Shown: one piece after another, positions 45,289 to 53,561 of the stretch
How the letters are laid out: every line of letters begins with the position of its first letter
Numbering within the stretch: the stretch's first letter is position 1
Assembly (NCBI GenBank): GCA_003153505.1
Contig: PLZA01000074.1
Span: forward strand, 35,908-99,907
Direction of reading: 5' to 3'
DNA: 64,000 nucleotides
DNA from: Candidatus Dormiibacterota bacterium
GTDB lineage: Bacteria; Chloroflexota; Dormibacteria; Aeolococcales; Aeolococcaceae
Translations under genes and position numbers: made by a program
Notes under the pieces: generated by a model
What the model was told of the DNA's origin: nothing
Database searches by the model: none
Seen by the model: only the letters and a program-made list of their open reading frames with translations

Positions 45289-47033
45289 GCCGCGACATGG
45301 CGTCCATCCTGCCGGTAGCAGGAGGGCGTGCCGCCTGGCGCAGCCTCCGATCCAGCCTGGCGGAGCGTCGCGGGCTGATCGCCGCCGCCATCGCCCTGCA
45401 GATGGCGGCCAGCGGAGCGGGGCTGGTGGGGCCTCAACTGCTCGAGCGAATTATCAACAGCTCCAGCGCGCTCACAGACGCGAGCATCGACCGTACGGCG
45501 CTCCTGTTCACCGCTGCGCTCGTGGTTCAGACACTCTGCACGGCGGGAGCTCGTGCCTGCGGTGCGCTCACCGGCGAGTACGTTCTCGCCCGGCTGCGCG
45601 AGCGGTTCATCACGACGGTGCTCGCGCTGCCGATCGGCATTGTGGAGCGCGCCGGCACGGGTGACCTGATGACCCGGGCATCCACGGACGTCGACGACAT
45701 GTCGCAGGCGGTGCGTCGCGGTCTCCCCGAGCTGCTCGTGGCCGGCGTCACCGGCGTTCTCGCCATCGCGGCGCTGGTCGTCACCGCGCCGATCCTGGGC
45801 CTGGTCGTGGTGCCGGTGATCCCACCGCTGCTGCTGGCCACTCGCTGGTATCTGCGCCGCGCTCGGCCCGCATATCAGCAGCAGGCGGCGGCCGAAGCGG
45901 TCGTGAACTCGGACCTCCAGGAGACGGTCAACGCCGCGCGTACCATCGAATCGTTGCGACTCGGTCCCCGCCGGATCGCGCAGACCGACGACGACATTCG
46001 CGGCTGGATCGCACTTGAGCGGCGAACCCTCCGGCTGCGCACCATCTTCTTCGGCAGCTGCGAGGCCGCCTACATCGTTCCGCTGGTGCTCTGCCTGCTC
46101 TTTGGCGGTCTGCTGGCGATGAATGGCCAGCTCTCGATTGGAGCCGTCGCGGCGGCTGCGCTGTACACACAGCAGCTTGTTTCCCCCGTCGACACGCTGC
46201 TCGCCTGGCAGGACGAGGTGCAGCTCGCGTCCGCGTCACTTGCACGAGTTGTCGGCGTTTCGGAGGTGCCGCCCGCGGAAACGACGGAGCGGGTCCCTTC
46301 GGACCGGCGGCTGGTGGCTGATCGAGTGCACTTCGCATACAACGAGGATGCGGACGTTCTCCACGGCATCGACCTGTCACCGCAGGTCGGCGCGCGCCTG
46401 GCCGTCGTGGGTCCGAGTGGAGCGGGAAAGAGCACCCTTGCGCTGCTCCTGGCCGGCGTGCACGCGCCGCGCACCGGTGCCGTGCAGGTTGGTGGCGTCG
46501 AGCCGCACCTGCTGCCGCCGGATCGGTTGCGACGCGAGGTTGCCCTGGTCACCCAGGAGCATCACCTGTTTGCCTGCTCGCTGCGCGACAATCTCCGCCT
46601 CGCGCGTCCCGACGCCGGCGACGACCAGCTGCTGGCAGTGCTGGAAACCGTGGATGCAATGCCGGCGGTGCTCAGGCTCCCCGCCGGATTGGACACCATC
46701 ATCGGTTCCGGTGGCGCATCGATCAGCCCCGGGCTCGCCCAGCAGATCGCAGTCGCGCGCCTCCTGCTCGCGGACCCGCACACGCTGGTGCTCGACGAGG
46801 CGACATCGCTGCTCGACTCTCGCGCGGCTCGTCATCTGGAGCGTTCAGTCGCGGTGCTGCTTGAAGGCAGGACGGTCATCGCGATCTCGCATCGCCTCCA
46901 CGCGGCGCATGACGCGGAGATGGTGGTCGTTGTCGAGGACGGCCGCATCAGCGAGCACGGAACGCATGCCGACCTGATCCGTGCGGGTGGCGCGTACGCG
47001 GAGCTCTGGAACACCTGGCGGCAGGATGCGTGA
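45285..47033 (+). CDS. ABC exporter half-transporter (TMD-NBD), consensus ATPase site but degenerate signature
   Basis: Walker A GPSGAGKST, Walker B LVLDEATSLLD, H-loop ISHRL. The signature reads ISPGLAQQIAVA. 4-nt overlap with the previous gene. Confidence 0.9.
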   Translation: MSRDMASILPVAGGRAAWRSLRSSLAERRGLIAAAIALQMAASGAGLVGPQLLERIINSSSALTDASIDRTALLFTAALVVQTLCTAGARACGALTGEYVLARLRERFITTVLALPIGIVERAGTGDLMTRASTDVDDMSQAVRRGLPELLVAGVTGVLAIAALVVTAPILGLVVVPVIPPLLLATRWYLRRARPAYQQQAAAEAVVNSDLQETVNAARTIESLRLGPRRIAQTDDDIRGWIALERRTLRLRTIFFGSCEAAYIVPLVLCLLFGGLLAMNGQLSIGAVAAAALYTQQLVSPVDTLLAWQDEVQLASASLARVVGVSEVPPAETTERVPSDRRLVADRVHFAYNEDADVLHGIDLSPQVGARLAVVGPSGAGKSTLALLLAGVHAPRTGAVQVGGVEPHLLPPDRLRREVALVTQEHHLFACSLRDNLRLARPDAGDDQLLAVLETVDAMPAVLRLPAGLDTIIGSGGASISPGLAQQIAVARLLLADPHTLVLDEATSLLDSRAARHLERSVAVLLEGRTVIAISHRLHAAHDAEMVVVVEDGRISEHGTHADLIRAGGAYAELWNTWRQDA

Positions 47034-47248
47034 ACACGGTTCCGTACCGGAACCCGGTCAGAAGGTCCCCACGATGAAGAAGCCGGCGATGAGTTCGACA
47101 TCCGGTCCTCCCACGCTCAGCCTCCCGTCTATCGATCACCACGGATCCGAAGGACATGTGGAATCCGTCTGAGACAGGTTGCTCACGGAGTCGACAGGAA
47201 GCCGCATCCATGATGGCTGCCTAATCCACCGGCGACAGGGGATGAGCA

Positions 47249-47491
47249 ATGCTTGCGATCGACGTCAGGGACAGCGACATCATGGAGACAACGCAGCACC
47301 GCCAGGGTGGCGTCGCGCGCATGCTGGCCGCGCTGCAGGATGCGGGTCTTCGCGTGATTCGTATCGAGCCGCGTATCAATGAAACTGGCCTGTACCGGGT
47401 GACGGTCAAGGACAGCCCCGAGCTTGCCGTCCGGATCCTCGAGGCGATCCGTCGACGGGTCAGCCCGTCGGTCTCGACCGCCGCCTCGTAG
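47249..47491 (+). CDS. Small hypothetical protein, possibly ACT-like
   Basis: 80-aa ORF in a 540-nt gap. GGVARMLAALQDAGLRVIRIEP...YRVTVKD..LAVRILEAI is reminiscent of an ACT/ferredoxin-like fold. Weak evidence. Confidence 0.35.
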   Translation: MLAIDVRDSDIMETTQHRQGGVARMLAALQDAGLRVIRIEPRINETGLYRVTVKDSPELAVRILEAIRRRVSPSVSTAAS

Positions 47492-47574
47492 CCAGCGGCC
47501 CTCCAGCCAACTCGCGCTACGCTGACGCCGTCCGTTCTTCTGACTGAGGATCTACGAACGATCAGCGAACGCGG

Positions 47575-50500
47575 TTGAGCGACGCTCCCGTCAAGCCCGG
47601 GTGGGTCCGGCGTCTCTGGGGCTACATGCTCCGGCACCGCCGGGATGTCGTGCTGTCGGTGGGTGCAGCGGTGCTCGGGAGCGTGTGTCAGACGGCGGTC
47701 CCGCTCGTCGCACGCGAGATCGTCGACGGGGTCATCCTCACCAGGACCTCGGCGCTGTGGCCCTGGCTTCTCCTTCTTGTCGGGCTCGCCGCAGCGAGCT
47801 TCGGCTTCGCCTATATCCGCCGCTACCGGGGTGGCCGCGTCGGGCTCGAGGTGCAGTACGACCTGCGCAACGACATGCACGACCATCTCCAGAAGCTCGA
47901 CTTCGACAACCTGGGACGAATGCCGACTGGGCAGCTGGTCGCCCGCGCGAACTCTGACTCGACGCTGGTCCAGGGGCTCCTGAGCTTCTTCCCGATCATG
48001 AGCAGCAACGTCCTGCTGCTCCTGCTGTCGCTCGGGGTGATGCTCTACCTCTCCCCGCTGCTGGCACTGGTGAGCGTGGTGGTCGCGCCGAGCCTGCTGA
48101 TCGTGTCCTACCGGATGCGCTGGCGCGTGTTCCCGGCAACCTGGGACGGGCAGCAGCGCGAGGGTGAGCTGGTGCAGATCGTCGACGAGGACCTCAACGG
48201 CGTGCGTGTTGTCAAGGCGTTCGCCCAGGAGCACCGCGAGGTCGAGCGGGTGGCCGCCGCGGCCAAGTCCGTATACGGGTCGCAGATGCGCGCGGTTCGT
48301 CTGCAGTCACGCTATCAGCCACTTCTCGAGGCGATCCCGCTGTTCGCCCAGGTGGCCATCCTGGCCCTCGGCGGCTGGCTGGCCCTCCATCACAACATCA
48401 CGCTCGGCACCTTCCTGGCGTTCTCGACGTACGCCACCCAGCTGATGGCGCCGGCCCGTCAGCTTGCCGGTGTCCTGACCATCGGCCAGCAGGCTCGTGC
48501 CGGACTTGAGCGCATCTTTCAGCTCCTCGACCTGCCCGCGGCCATCAGCGACGCACCTGATGCGATCGAACTTCCGGAGCTTCGGGGTGACATCCGCTTC
48601 TCGAACGTGCACTTCGCGTACGACGACGGTGACCCGGTGCTCAACGGGGTCGAGCTCCACATCGCGCCGGGCGAGCGCGTCGCCATCGTCGGCCCGAGCG
48701 GTAGCGGCAAGTCGACCCTGGCGATGCTCATCCCGCGTTTCTACGACCCATCGGAGGGAGCGGTCCTCGTGGACGGTCTCGATGTGCGCACGGTCACGCT
48801 GCACTCGCTCCGACGCCAGGTTGGCGTCGTCTTCGAGGACAGCTTCCTCTTCTCGGACTCCATTCGCGCGAACATCGCGTACGGACGGCCGGACGCGACC
48901 GACGAACAGATCGAGGCGGCCGCCCGTGCAGCTCAGGCGCACGAGTTTATCGAGGAGCTCCCGCGCGGGTATGACACTGCCATCGGGGAGCGTGGGCTGA
49001 CCCTCTCCGGCGGTCAGCGTCAAAGGATCGCCCTGGCGCGCGCGATCCTCTACGACCCACGGATCCTCATCCTCGACGACGCCACCAGCGCGATTGACGC
49101 GCGCATCGAGGCTGCTGTCCACGGCGCGTTGCGCGGAGTCATGGCCGGTCGAACGACGCTGCTGATCGCCCACCGGCAGTCGACCCTGCATCTCGCCGAC
49201 CGAATCGTTGTGCTGGACGGCGGCATCGTGGTCGAATCCGGGACACACGACGAGCTCATCACTCGAAGCGCGATGTACAGAACGCTGGTGTCCGGGCTCG
49301 AGGAGCTCGACCCAGCCGAGATCGGCGACTCGATCGAGGCCCTCGCCACCATGGCGTCGTCCGTCGGAGCGGATGGCATCACGGCGGCGGCGTGGGCCGG
49401 CGATCGGCAGCGGTCCGGCAATCGCGGCGCTGGTCGCAGCGTCGGTGCCCCGTCACTGGGGCCCGGGCTCGGCGGCGGTGGTTCCGGCTGGCGCCTCAAC
49501 CTTGCTGCAACCCCAGAATTGCTCGCGCGCGTCGCACGTCTCCGCCCGATCCGTGATGTCGCGGAGGTCGACCTCGAGCGCGAGTCGCGTCCCGACAAGC
49601 ACTTCAGCCTGTTCCGCCTGCTGCGCGAGTTCCACCGGCCCCTGCTCCTCGGGCTCGTGTTTGTCGTCATCGATGGCTTGATGACCCTCGCCGGACCCGT
49701 GCTCGTGAAGACCGGTCTCGACAACGGTGTGGCGAAGGGCTCGTCGGTGGTCCTCTTCGCCGCGGCGGGCGTCTTTCTCGTGGTCACGCTTGTCGATCTG
49801 ATCGACGAGATCGGCGAAACGTTCGTCACAGGGAGGACCGCGCAGCGAATCATGCTCTCGCTGCGCATTCGAATCTGGGCGCAGTTGCAGCGGCTTTCGC
49901 TCGACTACTACGAGCGCGAGATGACCGGTCGAATCATGACCCGGATGACCACCGACGTCGACCAGTTCGAGTCGCTGATCGAGAATGGGCTGCTCTCCGC
50001 GCTGGTCTCGGTGGTCACGTTCGTCGGCGTCGGTGTGGCGCTGGTGGTGATCAACGCCGAGCTCGGACTCTGCACGCTGTCGGTCGCCATCCCGCTCGCG
50101 GTGGCGACGGTTGTGTTCCGTCAGAAGGCGGCGCGCCTGTACAGCATGTCGCGCGAGCGGATCGCCATCGTCAACGCGGACTTCCAGGAAAGCCTTTCGG
50201 GCGTACGCGAGTCGCAGGCCTTCGTCCACGAGGGCGCCGCGATGTCCCAGTTTCACCGCCTGGGGCGCTCGTATCTCGACACTCGTGTCGCGGCGCAACG
50301 ACTGGTCGCCACCTACTTTCCGTTCGTGCAATTCATGGCTGCGGTGGCGGATGCGATCGTGCTCGGCGTCGGCGCGCGGCTGATCGAAACCGGGCATCTC
50401 ACCTCGGGTGCACTGATCGCGTTCCTGCTCTACATCGACCTCTTCTTCTCGCCGATCCAGCAGCTGTCGCAGGTGTTCGACGCGTGGCAGCAGACGCGCG

Positions 50501-51477
50501 TGTCAGTCGGTCGCATCGCCGAGCTGATGCAACTCGAGTCGCTCACCCCGGACCCATCCGATCCCGAGGAGACGGGCCGCCTCCATGGCGACGTCGGCCT
50601 GAGCCACGTCCGCTTCTCGTACCCGGTGCCGGTCAGCCGGCCGGGCTTCGAAGGAGCGCGCCCGGTCGAGCGGCGCGGTCCTCAGGATCCGCGGCTGCTC
50701 CAGACCAGGGACGCTGCGTGGCGCAAGCCACCCGAGGCGCTGCGCGGCATCGACCTGGCCATGGAGGCAGGCGAGACGGTCGCACTGGTCGGCGAGACCG
50801 GTGCAGGGAAATCGACGGTGATGAAGCTGCTCGCACGCTTCTACGATCCCGACGAGGGAAGCGTCAACGTCGACGGCCACGACCTGCGCCGGATCGGCGT
50901 GCGCGGCTTCCGCGACCAGCTGGGATATGTCCCCCAGGAGGCGTTCCTGTTCTCGGGCACGATCCGCGACAACATCGCATACGGCCGCCCGGAGGCGGCC
51001 GATGCCGAGGTGGAAGCGGCGGCCCGGGCCGTCGGCGCGCATGAGTTCATCGCCCGCCTCACCGGCGGGTATCACCACGAATTGACCGAGCGCGGACGGT
51101 CACTCTCATCGGGTCAGCGACAGCTCATCGCGCTCGCTCGGGCTGAGCTGGTCGACCCGGTGCTCCTCCTGCTCGACGAGGCCACTTCGAACCTCGACCT
51201 GGTCACCGAGGCGCGCGTTGCTGCGGCAATGCAGGAGGTGTCCCAGGGTCGCACCACGGTGGTGATCGCCCACCGGCTCCAGACCGCGAAGGCGGCTGAC
51301 CGTATCGTCGTGCTGCACAACGGGCAGGTGGTCGAAGCCGGCACCCACGACGAGCTGCTTGCGACGCATGGGCGCTACGCCGCGATGTGGGACGTCTTCG
51401 ACGTCGCCGCCAAGGCGGGTCCGGTGACGCGACCGGCCGAGAGCCTTAGGCGGCCAGCTCCAAGGCCTCATCGATGA
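47575..51477 (+). CDS. Full-length fused ABC exporter (TMD1-NBD1-linker-TMD2-NBD2, 1300 aa)
   Basis: NBD1: GPSGSGKST, LSGGQRQRIALARA, LILDDATSAID. Then a Gly-rich linker. NBD2: GETGAGKST, LSSGQRQLIALARA, LLLDEATSNLD. TTG start per the track. Confidence 0.9.
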   Translation: MSDAPVKPGWVRRLWGYMLRHRRDVVLSVGAAVLGSVCQTAVPLVAREIVDGVILTRTSALWPWLLLLVGLAAASFGFAYIRRYRGGRVGLEVQYDLRNDMHDHLQKLDFDNLGRMPTGQLVARANSDSTLVQGLLSFFPIMSSNVLLLLLSLGVMLYLSPLLALVSVVVAPSLLIVSYRMRWRVFPATWDGQQREGELVQIVDEDLNGVRVVKAFAQEHREVERVAAAAKSVYGSQMRAVRLQSRYQPLLEAIPLFAQVAILALGGWLALHHNITLGTFLAFSTYATQLMAPARQLAGVLTIGQQARAGLERIFQLLDLPAAISDAPDAIELPELRGDIRFSNVHFAYDDGDPVLNGVELHIAPGERVAIVGPSGSGKSTLAMLIPRFYDPSEGAVLVDGLDVRTVTLHSLRRQVGVVFEDSFLFSDSIRANIAYGRPDATDEQIEAAARAAQAHEFIEELPRGYDTAIGERGLTLSGGQRQRIALARAILYDPRILILDDATSAIDARIEAAVHGALRGVMAGRTTLLIAHRQSTLHLADRIVVLDGGIVVESGTHDELITRSAMYRTLVSGLEELDPAEIGDSIEALATMASSVGADGITAAAWAGDRQRSGNRGAGRSVGAPSLGPGLGGGGSGWRLNLAATPELLARVARLRPIRDVAEVDLERESRPDKHFSLFRLLREFHRPLLLGLVFVVIDGLMTLAGPVLVKTGLDNGVAKGSSVVLFAAAGVFLVVTLVDLIDEIGETFVTGRTAQRIMLSLRIRIWAQLQRLSLDYYEREMTGRIMTRMTTDVDQFESLIENGLLSALVSVVTFVGVGVALVVINAELGLCTLSVAIPLAVATVVFRQKAARLYSMSRERIAIVNADFQESLSGVRESQAFVHEGAAMSQFHRLGRSYLDTRVAAQRLVATYFPFVQFMAAVADAIVLGVGARLIETGHLTSGALIAFLLYIDLFFSPIQQLSQVFDAWQQTRVSVGRIAELMQLESLTPDPSDPEETGRLHGDVGLSHVRFSYPVPVSRPGFEGARPVERRGPQDPRLLQTRDAAWRKPPEALRGIDLAMEAGETVALVGETGAGKSTVMKLLARFYDPDEGSVNVDGHDLRRIGVRGFRDQLGYVPQEAFLFSGTIRDNIAYGRPEAADAEVEAAARAVGAHEFIARLTGGYHHELTERGRSLSSGQRQLIALARAELVDPVLLLLDEATSNLDLVTEARVAAAMQEVSQGRTTVVIAHRLQTAKAADRIVVLHNGQVVEAGTHDELLATHGRYAAMWDVFDVAAKAGPVTRPAESLRRPAPRPHR

Positions 51478-51775
51478 AGGCGAGGAGGCGTCCTTTGGAC
51501 ATGAATCCGATCACCTGACGCGCCGGCTTGCCCCCGAGGAACAGCAGGAGCGTCGGGAGGGACATCACGCCATACCGCCCCTGGGTCACGGGGTTGGCGT
51601 CGACGTCGACGGTGACAACCCGGACGCTGCGGGAGCGTTCCACGGCGACCTCGTCGAGGATGGGGGCCAGCATGCGACACGGCGGGCACCATGCCGCACC
51701 GAACTCGACGAGCACGGGGGTCTCAGATGCAAGGACTTGACGGTCGAAGGTTGCGTCGTCAACGGTGTTGACCAT
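51446..51775 (-). CDS. Thioredoxin (WCPPC active site)
   Basis: Trimmed to ATG 51775 behind AGGAG. VLVEFGAAWCPPCRMLAPILDE. The 3-prime end overlaps the ABC gene convergently by 32 nt. Confidence 0.9.
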   Translation of the reverse strand: MVNTVDDATFDRQVLASETPVLVEFGAAWCPPCRMLAPILDEVAVERSRSVRVVTVDVDANPVTQGRYGVMSLPTLLLFLGGKPARQVIGFMSKGRLLAFIDEALELAA

Positions 51776-51789
51776 GTGGGTTCTCCTGA

Positions 51790-52134
51790 TCACTGGCGCG
51801 TGGTGACCGCCTTGTAGGCGGCGCAATTCGAGAAGGTGTGCGTGGCTGCGCGCACGCGTGGCCGGCGGCCGCGTGCGGGTGCAGGCGGGTCGTGATCCTC
51901 GGCGGCGTACCGGTTCCACACCGACTGACGGGACATGCCGAGGCGGTCGGCGATGTCCTGCCAGCTCATGCCCTCCGCGCGAGCGGCGAGGACCGTCGAC
52001 GCTCGCCGCGACCCGAGCAAGACGGCGACGGAGCGGAGCGCCACCAGCCGGTCGCCGGTCGGCAGCCCGTTGAGCAAGCTCAGGACCGTAGCCACGGCGG
52101 CATCAGCATTGGGCGTCGATGTCGAGTAGGACAT
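51790..52134 (-). CDS. Small helix-turn-helix protein
   Basis: HTH GMSWQDIADRLGMSRQSVWNRY. Its stop lies 14 nt before the thioredoxin start. Confidence 0.6.
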   Translation of the reverse strand: MSYSTSTPNADAAVATVLSLLNGLPTGDRLVALRSVAVLLGSRRASTVLAARAEGMSWQDIADRLGMSRQSVWNRYAAEDHDPPAPARGRRPRVRAATHTFSNCAAYKAVTTRQ

Positions 52135-52155
52135 ATGTCAACTATACATGACATA
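52134..52155 (-). promoter_or_regulatory. Inverted repeat flanking a -10 box; candidate leaderless promoter/operator of the HTH-thioredoxin unit
   Basis: On the minus strand: TATAGT (complement of 52141-52146), 6 nt, then the ATG at 52134. The IR TATGTCA (52134-52140) / TGACATA (52149-52155) brackets the -10. Confidence 0.4.
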
Positions 52156-52173
52156 AAAGGGGGAAGTCCGACT

Positions 52174-52602
52174 TCAGACGACGGTCCTTCGACGAACGGT
52201 GAGCCGCCTCGGGAAGCCCTCGCGGAGAAACAGCCCGCTGAGGATCGCGATGAACACGGGGCCGGTGTTCACCAGCATGGCGGCCGTGCCCGCGTCGACG
52301 GTCCGCTCCGCCTGGTTGAGCAGCAGGTTGTAGGCACCGAACCAGAGCACCCCACAGGCGATCAGCCCGGGAATGTCGGCGCGTCGTGGCAGCGGCTGTC
52401 GGCGAATAGCGACGAGGAGACCGAGCGCAACGGTGCCAACGAGCAGCCGCGCCAGCGCAAGCGAGCCAGGCGAGAGCACTCGGCCAGCTGCTCGAATCCC
52501 GACGAACGCGGATGCCCAGAGAACCACCGTCGCGATCGCCGCTCCCAGTGCAAGGCGGCGTTCGCCGAGTGACACGTCTCGGCCGGCGGGGTCGCGTGTC
52601 AC
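52174..52602 (-). pseudogene. EamA/DMT-family transporter, C-terminally truncated (first EamA repeat only)
   Basis: 142 aa with about 4-5 TM segments (LWASAFVGIRAA..., LLLNQAERTVDAGTAAMLVNTGPVFIAILSGLFLREGF). It terminates where a second EamA repeat normally follows. Confidence 0.5.
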
Positions 52603-52668
52603 CGCGCAAGCCTATCCGCTGAACACTTCGGTGACGACCGAACTATTGAGGCGGTACCGTTTCGGGCG

Positions 52669-53070
52669 ATGGGAACAGACTTCGCCGCCGTCGGAAGGCT
52701 GCTGCGCAGCCCGGCTCGCGCCGCCATGCTCGAGGCCCTCCTGGACGGCGGCACGGCATCTGCGAGCGAGCTCGCGGCGGCCGCGTCGGTCAAACCCTCA
52801 ACAGCGAGCGGACACCTGGCGGTGCTGGTCGAGGGGCGAATGATCGAGGTGCGCGGCGCGCGCGCGCAGCGACGCAACTTCGCGCGCGCATGTCTTGACT
52901 CGACGGAACGACGCCCGCATCTTGCGGGCGCGCTCGGCGCTGCACTGTGTCAGTCCGTGCTGCGCGCCGGGTGGGCGCGACGGCGTCGCTCGGGACGGGG
53001 GTTGCTCATCACGCCGCTCGGTGCCGCGCAATTCACCGAGTTCCTCGGCATCGCGACCACGCCGCAGTGA
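52669..53070 (+). CDS. ArsR-family winged-helix regulator (short form)
   Basis: LLRSPARAAMLEALLDGGTASASELAAAASVKPSTASGHLAVLVEG, then a C-terminal HLAGALGAAL region. Divergent from the EamA remnant. Confidence 0.7.
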   Translation: MGTDFAAVGRLLRSPARAAMLEALLDGGTASASELAAAASVKPSTASGHLAVLVEGRMIEVRGARAQRRNFARACLDSTERRPHLAGALGAALCQSVLRAGWARRRRSGRGLLITPLGAAQFTEFLGIATTPQ

Positions 53071-53558
53071 ACTCGACCGCCACGCCTCCGATCCGTCGAG
53101 CCGCGCGCGCCCTCATCGTCGATGCCGAACAGCGGGTCCTCCTCTGTCGCGCAGATCTCGCCGACCGTGACGCATGGTGGTACGCGCCCGGCGGAGCGAT
53201 TGAAGACGGCGAGACATTCGAGGCCGCGCTGGTGCGCGAGGTGATGGAGGAGACTGGTCTCGCCGTCGACCTCGCCGCCCTTGGGCCACCAGTGTGGATC
53301 CGCGACTACACCTTCACCTGGAACGCGACACCCGAGCGCCATGTCGAGCGATTCTTCCTGGTGCAAGTCGTCACCCACGACGCGGACACCGGCTCCTTCG
53401 AGATGGCCGAATCAGAGGTGGTCAGGACCTTTCGCTGGTGGCGGCTCGACGACATCCTGCGCAGCACCGAACCCTTCTCGCCGAGCCGCTTGGGCGAGCA
53501 CCTGGCCACGTTGTTGCAGGGCCGGCTGCCCGGGCAGCCGGTGGTCGTCGGCGAATGA
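53067..53558 (+). CDS. NUDIX hydrolase
   Basis: GTG 53067 overlaps the ArsR stop (GTGA). Nudix box GGAIEDGETFEAALVREVMEETGL. Confidence 0.85.
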   Translation: MNSTATPPIRRAARALIVDAEQRVLLCRADLADRDAWWYAPGGAIEDGETFEAALVREVMEETGLAVDLAALGPPVWIRDYTFTWNATPERHVERFFLVQVVTHDADTGSFEMAESEVVRTFRWWRLDDILRSTEPFSPSRLGEHLATLLQGRLPGQPVVVGE

Positions 53559-53561
53559 CCG

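Noticed and set aside
46981-47172. Idea that the small ORF upstream of the fused ABC exporter is a RiPP/bacteriocin precursor
   Set aside because: There is no leader/core pattern, no Cys/Ser/Thr-rich core and no tailoring enzymes in the window. It is kept only as a low-interest note.
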